A stretch of DNA of 64,000 nt, from NCBI GenBank assembly GCA_000004985.1, contig GG738857.1. One strand, given 5' to 3'. This stretch comes from Naegleria gruberi (taxonomy: Eukaryota). Below the pieces are notes generated by a model. That model was given only the letters and a program-made list of their open reading frames with translations. It made no database searches and was not told the DNA's origin. Positions 10,784 to 20,979 of the stretch are shown here, piece by piece (position 1 is the first letter of the stretch; each line of letters opens with the position of its first letter). Position numbers and translations under genes: made by a program.

Positions 10784-11574
10784 TTAGAAACCATTTGGAG
10801 TGACATGAGCAGAAGTAGTACCAGAAATACCAACATTAGATGCAGATGGATATTGAACAGCATCCAATTGTTGTTTCTTCACTTGAACTAACTGAAGAAC
10901 TTTCAAATACATATGCCCAACAATTGATCCAATAATTCCAACTGGAATATCGATCATGTAAAATAAAAGTGAAATAATTCCATCGTAATATAATTGAGAG
11001 GAAGCAGAACCTGCAAAGAAACTTGGTAAGGAAAAGATAAAGAATGTGAAAAAGACAAAAATTGATCCAAATGTAACTCCAAATGCATGAAATTTAGCAG
11101 CAGTTTCGTTTTGTTTAAAAACTCCAATAATTCCACAAACTCCAATTAAGAGAATACAAATATCCATTGGAATTAAGAATAAATTAGATGTACCAAATAA
11201 TGGTACTTGTTTAGCATACCAAACAATCATGGCAATAAAGTGATGAACAGACAACAATCCACCTAATTTAGTTTAATTTCCAATAAATATTAACATGTTA
11301 AAAACATACCCATTACTGTAATGATAATAGAAGTAATACCACATGCAAGTTTCCAATTCTTGAAATTTGTAACACTTGGGTTGAAAGGAGTTGAATTAGT
11401 TTGTTGAGGATTAGGATAATGGTTTGGAGGAGGAAGTGAATTAAATGATGAATGATTTCCTGCATTATTTGAATAATAAACAGGTTGTGGTTGAAAAACA
11501 GAGGCAGATGATGGTCGGACAGTTGGTTCATCACCAAGTTGGTCGCTGTGAATAAGATATTCAGTGTTCGACAT
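10784..11574 (-). CDS. PY-motif (PPPNHY) N-terminal / 4-TM membrane protein, 2 exons
   Basis: Exon 1 is 11574..11310 (MSNTEYLIHSDQ..ITVM) with a GTATGT donor at 11309. A 47-nt intron ends with its TTAG acceptor at 11266..11263. Exon 2 is 11262..10784 and joins in phase 1 into the frame of ORF 10784..11257 (LSVHHFIAMIVWYAKQ..). The Pro/Asn/Gln-rich cytoplasmic N-terminus contains PPPNHYP. Confidence 0.5.
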
Positions 11575-11786
11575 TTTTTTTTAAATGTGAAGGGAAATTG
11601 ATTCGAATAATTATAATAATCAGTAATTGATGGTTGACTTTTTCACATTGTCCATCAATAGAAGAGGAATTCAAAGTGGAAACATGTCGTTCTTCTAAAA
11701 TATATTGTAAAGATTTTAGGTGAATGTTTGGAATTCCAGTTATTTAATGAACAATCTACTCAAACATTTATATTACAATGACAAGT

Positions 11787-12860
11787 TTATTTCAAATGAA
11801 TAGTGACATAAATATTTCCCTTTCTATGTTTAACAGTATTTTTCTTTCCCTTATTCTTTCTCTTTCCAATAACACTTCTTGCCTTTCTCTTAATAGTTTC
11901 CATTGTTGCAGGTTTAACACCAACTCTTTCGTCTCTTTCTTCTTCTCTTTTCAATCTATTTTCCTCACGAGCCAATCTGTGCTTTTCTCTTCTCAATTGA
12001 CTTGGAGTAATTTCTTCCTTAGAACCCTTCTTTCTTCTCAATTGTCTATCGAATCTTTTAATTAATCTGACCTTTCTTCTTTCGTCTCTCAATAGTCCAA
12101 TTTCTTCTTGAGGAGAATTGAGAACATTACCTGGCTCTGAAGCATCTGAAGTTGCAGATGGGACAATTCCTGGCTCAGTTCCTCTTCCTTCTCTACGTTC
12201 AGCTCTGACAGCCATTCTCATTGCACCTCTGATTTTAATTGCTGCTTGTCTTTTAGCTTTGGTATTATTTGGAGCCGATGATTCACTACCTGTTGCTGAT
12301 CCACCTTGTTCAGATTGACTAGCAGAAGAGGAAGGTGAAGAAGAACTTCTACCAATTTTTTGAGGTCCTTGTTGTTGAATCATTTCACTTGGACGATTTC
12401 CTGCATTGGAATTAGCATTACCTCCAGATTGTCTTGAACTACTTCCACTGCTACTTCCAGAACTACTACTACTACTACTAGAAGAACTTGAAGTAGATGA
12501 AGGAGCAGATCCTTGATCATCCTCCTCATTACTATTGGCACGACTTGAACCTCTTTGATTTGATTTACCACCACCAGCACTTTTAGCTGATGCACTTTTT
12601 GGTCTTTGTTTCTTAGTTGATTCAGATTCTTGTTGAGGTGGAAGACCAATAGCTTCCTTGGCTACTCTTGGAACAACATTTCTTGAACTTCCATTAGCAC
12701 TACCATTACCATTTCCAGAATTTGAGGAACTAGAAGCACCAGCAGAAGAAGGACGACGACCAGCAGTTGCTTTTTGGTTGGAAGCAGTTGGACGACCAGC
12801 TGAGGCCATTGAAATGACCAATGCTAATACAAAGAGTGTTAGAATGAGATTTCTAAACAT
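11787..12860 (-). CDS. secreted Ser/Gly-rich protein with highly charged (K/R/E) C-terminal half
   Basis: 357 aa. Signal-peptide-like start MFRNLILTLFVLALVISMASA. Long poly-Ser/Gly/Asn tracts, then an RREKHRLAREENRLKREEERDER-type charged region. Codon usage is markedly GC3-rich (gct/ggt/cca/aag/ttc), like highly expressed dictyostelid genes. Confidence 0.55.
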   Translation of the reverse strand: MFRNLILTLFVLALVISMASAGRPTASNQKATAGRRPSSAGASSSSNSGNGNGSANGSSRNVVPRVAKEAIGLPPQQESESTKKQRPKSASAKSAGGGKSNQRGSSRANSNEEDDQGSAPSSTSSSSSSSSSSSGSSSGSSSRQSGGNANSNAGNRPSEMIQQQGPQKIGRSSSSPSSSASQSEQGGSATGSESSAPNNTKAKRQAAIKIRGAMRMAVRAERREGRGTEPGIVPSATSDASEPGNVLNSPQEEIGLLRDERRKVRLIKRFDRQLRRKKGSKEEITPSQLRREKHRLAREENRLKREEERDERVGVKPATMETIKRKARSVIGKRKNKGKKNTVKHRKGNIYVTIHLK

Positions 12861-13297
12861 TTTTTTTAAGAGTGATATCTTTTGAAAGAATGTATTGTAG
12901 TTTAGTTTTATGATTGACCTTCAGTTTAGTTCAGTATGAAGTGTAGGAAACATACAAAATATATGCAAAATATTCATGTCTCATGGAGCGCGTGGAATTT
13001 GAAATACAAAGAAAGATTAAGAAGTTTAGTTTGGGATGATTGCTGACATTTGATCCACATCACCCATTGGCCTTAGAGAATTTATTGCATAATGTGTAAT
13101 TTATTATTTACTATTCGAAAGCATAAATATGTGATGGGAATTGAAAGTTAGAAATAAAAATAAGAAAACTAAATTAAAATCAATCTTTTATTTTAATTGC
13201 ATTCATTGTAAGCTTAATTTCAAACAGTCAACTTGATAGGATTGTAATATTCTACTAATAATTGACCAAATTTGAACAAATTTCAAAACAAAAAAAA

Positions 13298-13861
13298 ATG
13301 CAATCATCATCAACTGACAGTTTTCAATCATTTCCAATCGAAGGAGAAGCAAAAATTAATTTTGCCGAATGGCTTGTTGAAAATCAAAGTAAATTAACAC
13401 CACCAGTTTCGAATAAAATGTTATTTAACAAGGGACAATTAAAAATTATGATTGTCGGAGGACCAAATGAAAGAACAGATTATCACGTTAATCAAACAGA
13501 AGAATTTTTCTATCAAATGAAGGGTGACATGATATTAAAAATTGTTGACAAGAATGAACACAAAGATGTTCACATCAAGGAAGGTGAAATGTTTGTTTTA
13601 CCTGGAAATGTACCACACAGTCCTCAACGTTTTAAAGATACAATTGGAATGGTTATTGAATTAGAAAGACCACAAGGAAGTTTAGATTATTTGAGATGGT
13701 ACTGTGAAAAATGTGATGAAATTGTTTATCAAGATTCTTTTTATTGTTATGATTTGGGAGTTCAATTAGTTCCAGTTATTGAAAAGTATAATAGTGATGA
13801 AAGTGTTAGAACTTGTAAGGCATGTGGTCATGTTAATTGTAAATCAAATAAGAAACCTTAA
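13298..13861 (+). CDS. HAAO: 3-hydroxyanthranilate 3,4-dioxygenase
   Basis: Strong family match across the cupin core: QLKIMIVGGPNERTDYHVNQTEEFFYQMKGDMILKIV..HKDVHIKEGEMFVLPGNVPHSPQRF..TIGMVIELERP. The C-terminal Cys4 rubredoxin-like tail (CEKCDEI..CKACGH) resembles yeast Bna1. The first ATG is at 13298 in an aaaaaaaaATG context; the tracked ORF start at 13262 is TTG. Confidence 0.85.
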   Translation: MQSSSTDSFQSFPIEGEAKINFAEWLVENQSKLTPPVSNKMLFNKGQLKIMIVGGPNERTDYHVNQTEEFFYQMKGDMILKIVDKNEHKDVHIKEGEMFVLPGNVPHSPQRFKDTIGMVIELERPQGSLDYLRWYCEKCDEIVYQDSFYCYDLGVQLVPVIEKYNSDESVRTCKACGHVNCKSNKKP

Positions 13862-14034
13862 ATATATTGACTGTAAATAATTATGGAAGTATTACTTTAG
13901 ATCAATGAGGTGATGACCTATTTTCAATCAAATTCTTCATTATCAAATTACTTATATTTATCTTCATAGTACTGACCTTGCATTTTGATAAATTTTCTCT
14001 ATTTTTGATTTGATCGCAAAATCAAAATTGAAAA

Positions 14035-15018
14035 ATGCAAAGAAAAATAACAAAACAAATTCACAAAGGATTTACATCACAATTATTCAATCATCACCAT
14101 CATAAGAATCTAAGAAACATGTCATTGACAACCAATTCGCAACAGGAAAATGTTACAAAATTATTTACTGGATCAAGTCATACAGAAATGTATGCCAAAT
14201 ACAGACCAACCTATCCCGATGAATTATTTGAACAAATTGTTGCATTAAATTGTTCAAAAGATCAAAAGAAGTTAAATATCTTGGATGTTGGCTGTGGTTC
14301 TGGACAAGCCTCGTTTTCTCTGGCCAAATATGCTAAATTACTTGTCGGAGTTGATCCAAGTGAAAATCAAATCAAACAAGCAAAACAAAAAGAATCTCAA
14401 TCCAATATTCAAGGATGCAAGTTTGATTTTATTGTTGGAACTGATGTGAATTTGTTAGAATGTGTAAATCAATTAGAATCATTCCATCAATCCACTACTT
14501 GTGAAAATCAATTTGATTTAATTGTTGTTGCTCAAAGTCTTCATTGGTTTAATTTTGAAACATTCTTCAATAATGTTTCTAAAATGTTGGCTCCAAATGG
14601 TGTTTTTGCTGCTTGGACCTACACTTTGAATTCATTTGAGGGAGAACATGGTGAAACTGCCACTAACACTCTTAATAATTTCTACAATGAAGAAATGTGG
14701 AAACCTGGATATTGGGCAAAGGAGAGAAAATATGTCGATGATGAATATAGATCTATTGAGCAATATATGCCTTATCCTTCCAATCATAAGAGATTAGTTT
14801 TAGATTATAGAAAATCAATGCCTCTTGCTGCCTATATTTCTTACATTTCTACTTGGTCTTCTATTGAATCATTCGGAAAGAAGAATGGAGAAGAAAAGAA
14901 GAAGCAACTCCTCGAGAAATTGAAAACTGACTTGATGAATGATTTAAAGTTAGAATCCGACTCTGATGAAGTTCAAGTTTTGTGGAAAATTCATACCATC
15001 ACAACCACAAGAAAATAA
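14035..15018 (+). CDS. class I SAM-dependent methyltransferase
   Basis: 327 aa. Motif I is LDVGCGSGQASFSLAKYAKLLVGVDPSENQI, followed by motif II/III-like stretches. Start context is ttgaaaaATGcaa. Confidence 0.7.
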   Translation: MQRKITKQIHKGFTSQLFNHHHHKNLRNMSLTTNSQQENVTKLFTGSSHTEMYAKYRPTYPDELFEQIVALNCSKDQKKLNILDVGCGSGQASFSLAKYAKLLVGVDPSENQIKQAKQKESQSNIQGCKFDFIVGTDVNLLECVNQLESFHQSTTCENQFDLIVVAQSLHWFNFETFFNNVSKMLAPNGVFAAWTYTLNSFEGEHGETATNTLNNFYNEEMWKPGYWAKERKYVDDEYRSIEQYMPYPSNHKRLVLDYRKSMPLAAYISYISTWSSIESFGKKNGEEKKKQLLEKLKTDLMNDLKLESDSDEVQVLWKIHTITTTRK

Positions 15019-15063
15019 ATTTTTCAATTCTTTTCATCACAAAATTAAATAATTTGTAAATAA

Positions 15064-15396
15064 TTATTCGGACGGTTTTTGTTGCTGTTGTTGTAGTTGA
15101 ATCATCTTTTTAGCTTGTTGTTCAAGGAAAGGAGCATTCATAATTGGAATATTTGGCTGAGCAAATCTATAGGGAGTAACAATCTTTGCAATTTCTACTC
15201 GTTCCTTCATTAATTGTTCTTCTTCGGAAAACATTGATGAAAGTTTATAATAAACATTCCTGCCACCAACAAAAATTACAAATCCAACAAAGGTAGCTGA
15301 TAATCCAAGAACCATACTTCCGTACACTGTAGGTGAGCCCGAACTGTACAAGCCACCAAGTCCATTGAGTACATGGCGAAAATAAGTGAATGGCAT
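15064..15396 (-). CDS. small single-TM protein (possible mitochondrial inner-membrane protein)
   Basis: 110 codons from ATG 15396 in an aaaaaaATG context; the tracked start at 15405 is TTG. Gly-rich hydrophobic helix GSMVLGLSATFVGFVIFVGG, then a charged, poly-Q tail. Confidence 0.4.
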   Translation of the reverse strand: MPFTYFRHVLNGLGGLYSSGSPTVYGSMVLGLSATFVGFVIFVGGRNVYYKLSSMFSEEEQLMKERVEIAKIVTPYRFAQPNIPIMNAPFLEQQAKKMIQLQQQQQKPSE

Positions 15397-16187
15397 TTTT
15401 TTCAATTAATTTTTAATAAGGAAGGCAATCAATTTTAAAATTCCGCCTAAATTTTGTAAGCCGAATATTCATTCCGCATCGATGCGGTAAGGATGACCCA
15501 CTCACCTCACCAAACTTTGCTACAGCCTTAATTGTTCTTTACGAGACCACATAAAGACTTGACCTCACTACCAAATAAATTTTCATGAACTCTCAGTAAG
15601 TAAGAAAATTGTAAAGTAATTTTGTATTCTGCTAGAGAATAAAGGATATTGAAATGAAAATCTTTGAAGGTAGTACATAAGGTGATGGGTAATGATGTCG
15701 TTGATAACATGTACTGACCTCAATAACAAAGATCTTCAAGTGTTTGATTTGACAACTTGACTATTTGTAAGAATTTTCTTTAATTAATCATTTGATCAAA
15801 ATATCCAAATTTCAACCAGATCAATGACGAGTAGAGATGAGTGTTTAGGTTGGTACTAAGATGATGATCAAAGTACCAGCCACATTCGAATTGAATAAAA
15901 CAAGTTGCGGCTTTCATGTTGGTAGGTACCGAAGCTATTTTTTCTTGCAAGACACACCAGTTGGTGCCACCAGCAGACTATTGAAGAAGGTGGTAATGCA
16001 ATGAGTTTTTAGGGGCAATTAAAAAAAATACCAACGAACCTCACCAATTTTTTGCAACCAACTGTCTTGACAAAGTACTCACCTCCTTTTTGAATTTTGT
16101 CTTGTTGCAGTGTTGGTGCGCATTTAAAGAGAAGAACGTTAGAACATATCAATTTGACCCCAATATACATATTAATTCATCATCATC

Positions 16188-18800
16188 ATGAAACGTAGTT
16201 TTGAACATTTTTCTTCAGACTCTCTGACTAGTACTTCAAGTGGTCATTCCCAAGCCTCTGCCGTTGTTCCTTCATCAGCAACAACTTCAGTTGTTAGTAA
16301 TGGTACCAATAGTAGTAGTACAAGTTCTTTTGAGAGTATTGTTGTTGGAGAACATTCTCCCACATCCATTTCCTCTAAAAATCCATCCAATGGTCTCTTT
16401 TTGATTCCTCCAACAATATCCACGTCGTCGAGTCTCTCAAGCCAAAGCTCAAGTACTGCTTCCGCCTCCTCTTCTCCACTCAGCCCACCCAAACTAACCC
16501 AACAATTGTTTAGTAATGCTATTTGTCAATTACAATCTGTCATTGCCAATAGTACCACTCCAAGTCTGTTCTATCAAAATGCAATTAGACAAATCCTTGC
16601 CTCAACCTTCCCTCAAGTGTACTCTAGTAATAATAATATTAGTCGTTTGCCTCCAACTACTGTTCCTTATCACCACCAAGTGACTGTATCCGTAATACCC
16701 TCTACAAATACCACTACGACCAACAATGGTAGTAGTAATACTAATAACCTTGTAAGAAAAGACACAAACAACTCATCCAATTTTGGAGTTTCTCCAACAC
16801 CTTCTAGACTTTCCCTCTCATCCCAAAACAGAAAATCCTTTCAACAATCATCATCCCATTCCCATAATACAGAAGTTCAACCAGCCAAGAGGGTAAAACT
16901 GACAACTCTAACACATCATATTAGACCTTTACCTTACTGTATAAAACTTCTTATATTGAGTTATATTGAATTACCAATCTTACAATATGTAGAGTTTAGA
17001 GAACTGCCTCACCCATTCAACATTTCCCAAATGGATCATACTATCAAATTAAGAAGGCAAATGACCAAACTAATCTATGGCTATTTTAGTACAGATGTAA
17101 CAAGGAGCATCCACTTACTGTTTTCATGCATCGACTATACAACACATTGCCAAGATTCAACTCACAACCACCACAATTTGAATGATGCACTTTCTGAAGG
17201 TAGTACTAACAGTGGTAATTCCAACAGTATACGGTCTCCACCTCAATCAAGCTTTTCACATTGTCCTCTAGAGACGATCAAACTTTCAGACAAACTTGAT
17301 ATGATAATGTTTAGAAGTAAAAAGTTTGTATCGTTGAGGTTTTCAGATTGTAACCTCAGAGGTGAAGAGATGAAATGTTTGTCCAAGCAAGGTGATTGCA
17401 CAAGAATAACCCATCTCAAGACTATTGATCTGAGTAAGAACCACAACTTTTCCACAAACTCCTTTAAACATTTCCTCTCTTTCCCAGATAATAACGATAT
17501 TCCAGCCACTTATCCTAATCTAACTTATTTAAATTTACTAGAAACATCTACAGACGCTTCCTGTATTTCATTGGCTTGTAAAGCTTTCCCAAAGCTTCAA
17601 ATTCTTAAACACTCTTTCTCAAGTGAACATGTTGTAGAATACAATAGTTGTGTGAAAGCACTGGCTTCTCTCACCCACCTACAACAACTCCACTTGGAAT
17701 GTACCTCTGGCTATTATGAAATGAATATGAAAGAGTTGTTACAAAGCAAGTCTTTAAAGAAGATTGCCCTCTTTGGTTTCCAATTCTCTGATAACAATGT
17801 TAATATTAATGCCTTCAGATACAATGAGTCACTAAAGAAGCTTTCCTTGACCAATTGTTTCATTGCCACCAATAGAGAAAAAGTTGCAGAGTCTATCTCA
17901 AGCAGTACCTCCATTAGAGAATTGATCTTCTCTGAGATTAATCTTGAGAACTCTGATATTCAACTCTTCTCTGAGAGAATGGACAAACTCCAAACACTTA
18001 TCATTGGTGGTTCTGATGCTTTCCACATGAATACAACTGGATTCACAAACTTCCATATGTTGAAAGGGTTGCAAAAGTTCGTCATTGATGGCTTTAGTGA
18101 CTATTGTACACTTAACTTTGAGACTTGTAAGGCATTCTGCCTTTCCAATCTCACTTTCCTTGAATTAGATGGATTCCAAGAGGCTGATGACTCATACCTT
18201 GCTCTCATGCTTAGACAAGGTGTCAACTTGAAGGCTTTAAAGGTCAAGCAAACAAAGATTAATTGTAGAGACAATGCTCTGGCTGACGCTCTCAGAAACC
18301 ACAAATGTTTAAGACATTTGAAGCTTGATGAAAATGAAGCTATTGGTGATGCTGGTGTCTTATTTTTGAATAATAATCTTCCATCTTCACTGGTCAAACT
18401 TGGTTTAACAATGTGTAATATTAGTGATATTGGAGCTAAAGCTCTCCTTGCTAACAAGCAAATTAGAAAATTGAAAGTCAAAATGAATAATATCACTGAT
18501 GAATCTCTCAAGTTGTTAAAGTTTAACACAAGTTTGATTTACATTAGTATTGATGCCCTAAGAAGTGAAGAAATGGTTAGAATTATTGGAGAAGACAACA
18601 AGACACTGAAGCAACTCAGTGTTATCAGCATTCCAGTAACTGAGACAACAATTGAAAGCCTTACAAAGAACACCTCTTTACACTATTTAAAGATTAAGAA
18701 CTGTGACCACTTGAACAGAGATTTGAAACAAAGATTGATTGATCGTGCCTCTTTTGGAGTAATCTTTAGAGGTATATTCTCAGAAGAAGCATTCCTATAG
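16188..18800 (+). CDS. Ser/Thr-rich N-terminal + leucine-rich-repeat (RNI-like) protein
   Basis: 870-aa single ORF with ATG at 16188. The first ~300 aa are low-complexity S/T/N. The C-terminal half is made of LRR units (LxxLxLxxCxI.., for example LKHLKLDENEAIGDAGVLFL). Confidence 0.6.
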   Translation: MKRSFEHFSSDSLTSTSSGHSQASAVVPSSATTSVVSNGTNSSSTSSFESIVVGEHSPTSISSKNPSNGLFLIPPTISTSSSLSSQSSSTASASSSPLSPPKLTQQLFSNAICQLQSVIANSTTPSLFYQNAIRQILASTFPQVYSSNNNISRLPPTTVPYHHQVTVSVIPSTNTTTTNNGSSNTNNLVRKDTNNSSNFGVSPTPSRLSLSSQNRKSFQQSSSHSHNTEVQPAKRVKLTTLTHHIRPLPYCIKLLILSYIELPILQYVEFRELPHPFNISQMDHTIKLRRQMTKLIYGYFSTDVTRSIHLLFSCIDYTTHCQDSTHNHHNLNDALSEGSTNSGNSNSIRSPPQSSFSHCPLETIKLSDKLDMIMFRSKKFVSLRFSDCNLRGEEMKCLSKQGDCTRITHLKTIDLSKNHNFSTNSFKHFLSFPDNNDIPATYPNLTYLNLLETSTDASCISLACKAFPKLQILKHSFSSEHVVEYNSCVKALASLTHLQQLHLECTSGYYEMNMKELLQSKSLKKIALFGFQFSDNNVNINAFRYNESLKKLSLTNCFIATNREKVAESISSSTSIRELIFSEINLENSDIQLFSERMDKLQTLIIGGSDAFHMNTTGFTNFHMLKGLQKFVIDGFSDYCTLNFETCKAFCLSNLTFLELDGFQEADDSYLALMLRQGVNLKALKVKQTKINCRDNALADALRNHKCLRHLKLDENEAIGDAGVLFLNNNLPSSLVKLGLTMCNISDIGAKALLANKQIRKLKVKMNNITDESLKLLKFNTSLIYISIDALRSEEMVRIIGEDNKTLKQLSVISIPVTETTIESLTKNTSLHYLKIKNCDHLNRDLKQRLIDRASFGVIFRGIFSEEAFL

Positions 18801-18874
18801 ATTATCCCCCACAATAAACATAAAAAAACAACACGCGATGGTACAAAACACCATTGAGAAAAACACAATTGAGT

Positions 18875-19330
18875 TTAATCTTCTTCCTTATCAAATAGCA
18901 TTTCGTTAACAATTTCTAATGGTAAATCTCTTACGATTGGTACAACTGGATCAGTTTTTTTGGGATTCTTGTTTTCCCACGAACCCAGTACAATATTCTC
19001 TCGTTTCAGATATTTGGTTCTATTGTCTTCTATGCATCTCAAATCATCTAAAGGATAGGAATTGTAATGATAATAAAAGTAATTCCACAAGAAGAATGTA
19101 ATCCACACTACACATAAAAAACAAGGAATAGCCATGGCCCAATATTTGTCAGGGTAATACGTCACTCCAATAATATGAAGCCATTCATCGGGAATATATG
19201 CATAGGAAAGATATAAAAACAGAATTACAAATGTTACAATCCAACCAACAAATCCATATATTTCCACATTACTTGAACTTTTAATGACAGGCAAGTCTCT
19301 TTTTTCCTTTAATTGTTGATGATCATTCAT
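18875..19330 (-). CDS. PIGP: GPI-GlcNAc transferase subunit P (PIG-P)
   Basis: 151 aa. Two TM helices and the conserved stretch EIYGFVGWIVTFVILFLYLSYAYIPDEWLHIIGVTYYPDKYWAMAIP match the PIG-P family (..[30 protein letters not shown]..). Confidence 0.8.
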   Translation of the reverse strand: MNDHQQLKEKRDLPVIKSSSNVEIYGFVGWIVTFVILFLYLSYAYIPDEWLHIIGVTYYPDKYWAMAIPCFLCVVWITFFLWNYFYYHYNSYPLDDLRCIEDNRTKYLKRENIVLGSWENKNPKKTDPVVPIVRDLPLEIVNEMLFDKEED

Positions 19331-19700
19331 TCCGATAGAATTTTACTATCATCTGCTTTTTGATATTTTTTTAAAATTAATTTTTAATTGATTTAATTTT
19401 GTTTTGTAAATCAACTAATAAAGAAAACAGATAGAATAAGGTAAAACCAATCGTTTGGATTTTATAAGCAATATTTGATCCTTCAGTCCAAGAATTGAGT
19501 TTTCATTTAATTTTTTAATAAAAATTTTGAAATTTAATTTAATTAATTTTGTATGGCGATTTGATCAAAACTATATCGATTAATGATAATTATTATTAAT
19601 AAGCAATATGTTATAATAGCAATGAATCCTTTGAAAAGAAATACTCTTTACAATTAAAAGCACTTTTTGTATTTTTAGAAAAAAAATAAAATTAAAAAAA

Positions 19701-20641
19701 ATGCAACAATTGCCATCATCAATGCACTCTTTTGGAATGGGAGGCTTTCCTCCTCAAACACAAATGGGATCATCAGAGACTGAACTATTACAAATGATAT
19801 TGGATTTATTAAATCATAATACAAGAGAAAGCGCTTTAATGGATCTTTCGAAAAGAAGAGATTCTTTCCCCAATTTAGCTACAGTTTTGTGGTTTTCTAC
19901 AGGGGTAATGTCTGTTTTATTGCAGGAAATTGTGTCGGTGTATGATCTTCTTGATCCTCCACACTTGACATCAGCAGCATCAAATAGAGTTTGTAACGCT
20001 TTGGCTTTACTTCAATGTGTTGCTTCTCATCCAGAAACCCGTCCACATTTCCTCAATGGTATGTGTTTCCGAAAATTATAATTTTAACATCATCATCATC
20101 AGCCCACATTCCTTTGTTTATGTATCCTTTCCTAAATACCGTTACTAAGAGTAAATCATTTGAATATTTAAGATTAACATCATTAGGTGTTATTGGAGCT
20201 TTAGTGAAATCAGACGAGGATGAAGTTATTAATTTTTTACTTCCTACAGAAATAATTCCATTATGTTTACGTATTATGGAGAGTGGAACAGAACTTTCAC
20301 AGACAGTGGCTACATTTATAATACAAAAGATTTTAACTTTCGACAAGGGATTACATTACATTTGTGCCACACCTGATCGTTTTTATGCTGTTTGCTCAGT
20401 TTTTGGAACAATGGTAAATGATAATCCTTCTTTCAGACTTTTAAAACACATTATAAGATGTTATTTACGTTTATCTGAACATGCTAAAGCTAGAGATGCT
20501 CTCAGTCAATGTTTACCACCATCTTTGAGAGACAAGACTTTCCAAAAGTTTTATGATAGTGATACTAATTTAAAACAAGTCATTTTGAATTTACTAACAA
20601 GAATTGGTGACTTGGAAGCTTATCAAAGACTGTGTAATTAG
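19701..20641 (+). CDS. CNOT9: CCR4-NOT subunit 9 (CNOT9/Rcd1), 2 exons
   Basis: Exon 1 is 19701..20058 with a GTATGT donor at 20059. A 44-nt intron ends catcatcAG at 20102. Exon 2 is 20103..20641. The spliced product ..[65 protein letters not shown].. is near-identical to animal CNOT9. Confidence 0.85.
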
Positions 20642-20979
20642 GAAATGTGTACAAATATTGTTTTACTAAACAAAGTAGAACAGAGAAATTAATTTTTAAA
20701 TTACTAAATTTTAATCTAAATCTAAATTTCAATCTAAATTTCTTTTAAATATTTTTCTAATATTATTATCAGTGGTTTAAACAGATATCCAATCTTATCC
20801 ATCATTCAGTTGGAATTAAAATTTGATTAATAATAATTTTATTATTAATATTTTTATTTTAATCATCTGCTTTGTCATAGCTGTGTTGGCAAATCATCAG
20901 AAAAAAATATTGTTGTTTTTGTGGAGAAGAACAATTATTGCCGGCACAACACTTCATCATCAATTAAAATACACAAAGA

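Noticed and set aside
15470-15900. Possible U6 (AAGGATGAC) or U2 (CTAAGAT..ATCAAGT) snRNA
   Set aside because: Essential invariant elements (ACAGAGA box; GUGUAGUA branch-site region) are absent. The resemblance is partial and interrupted.
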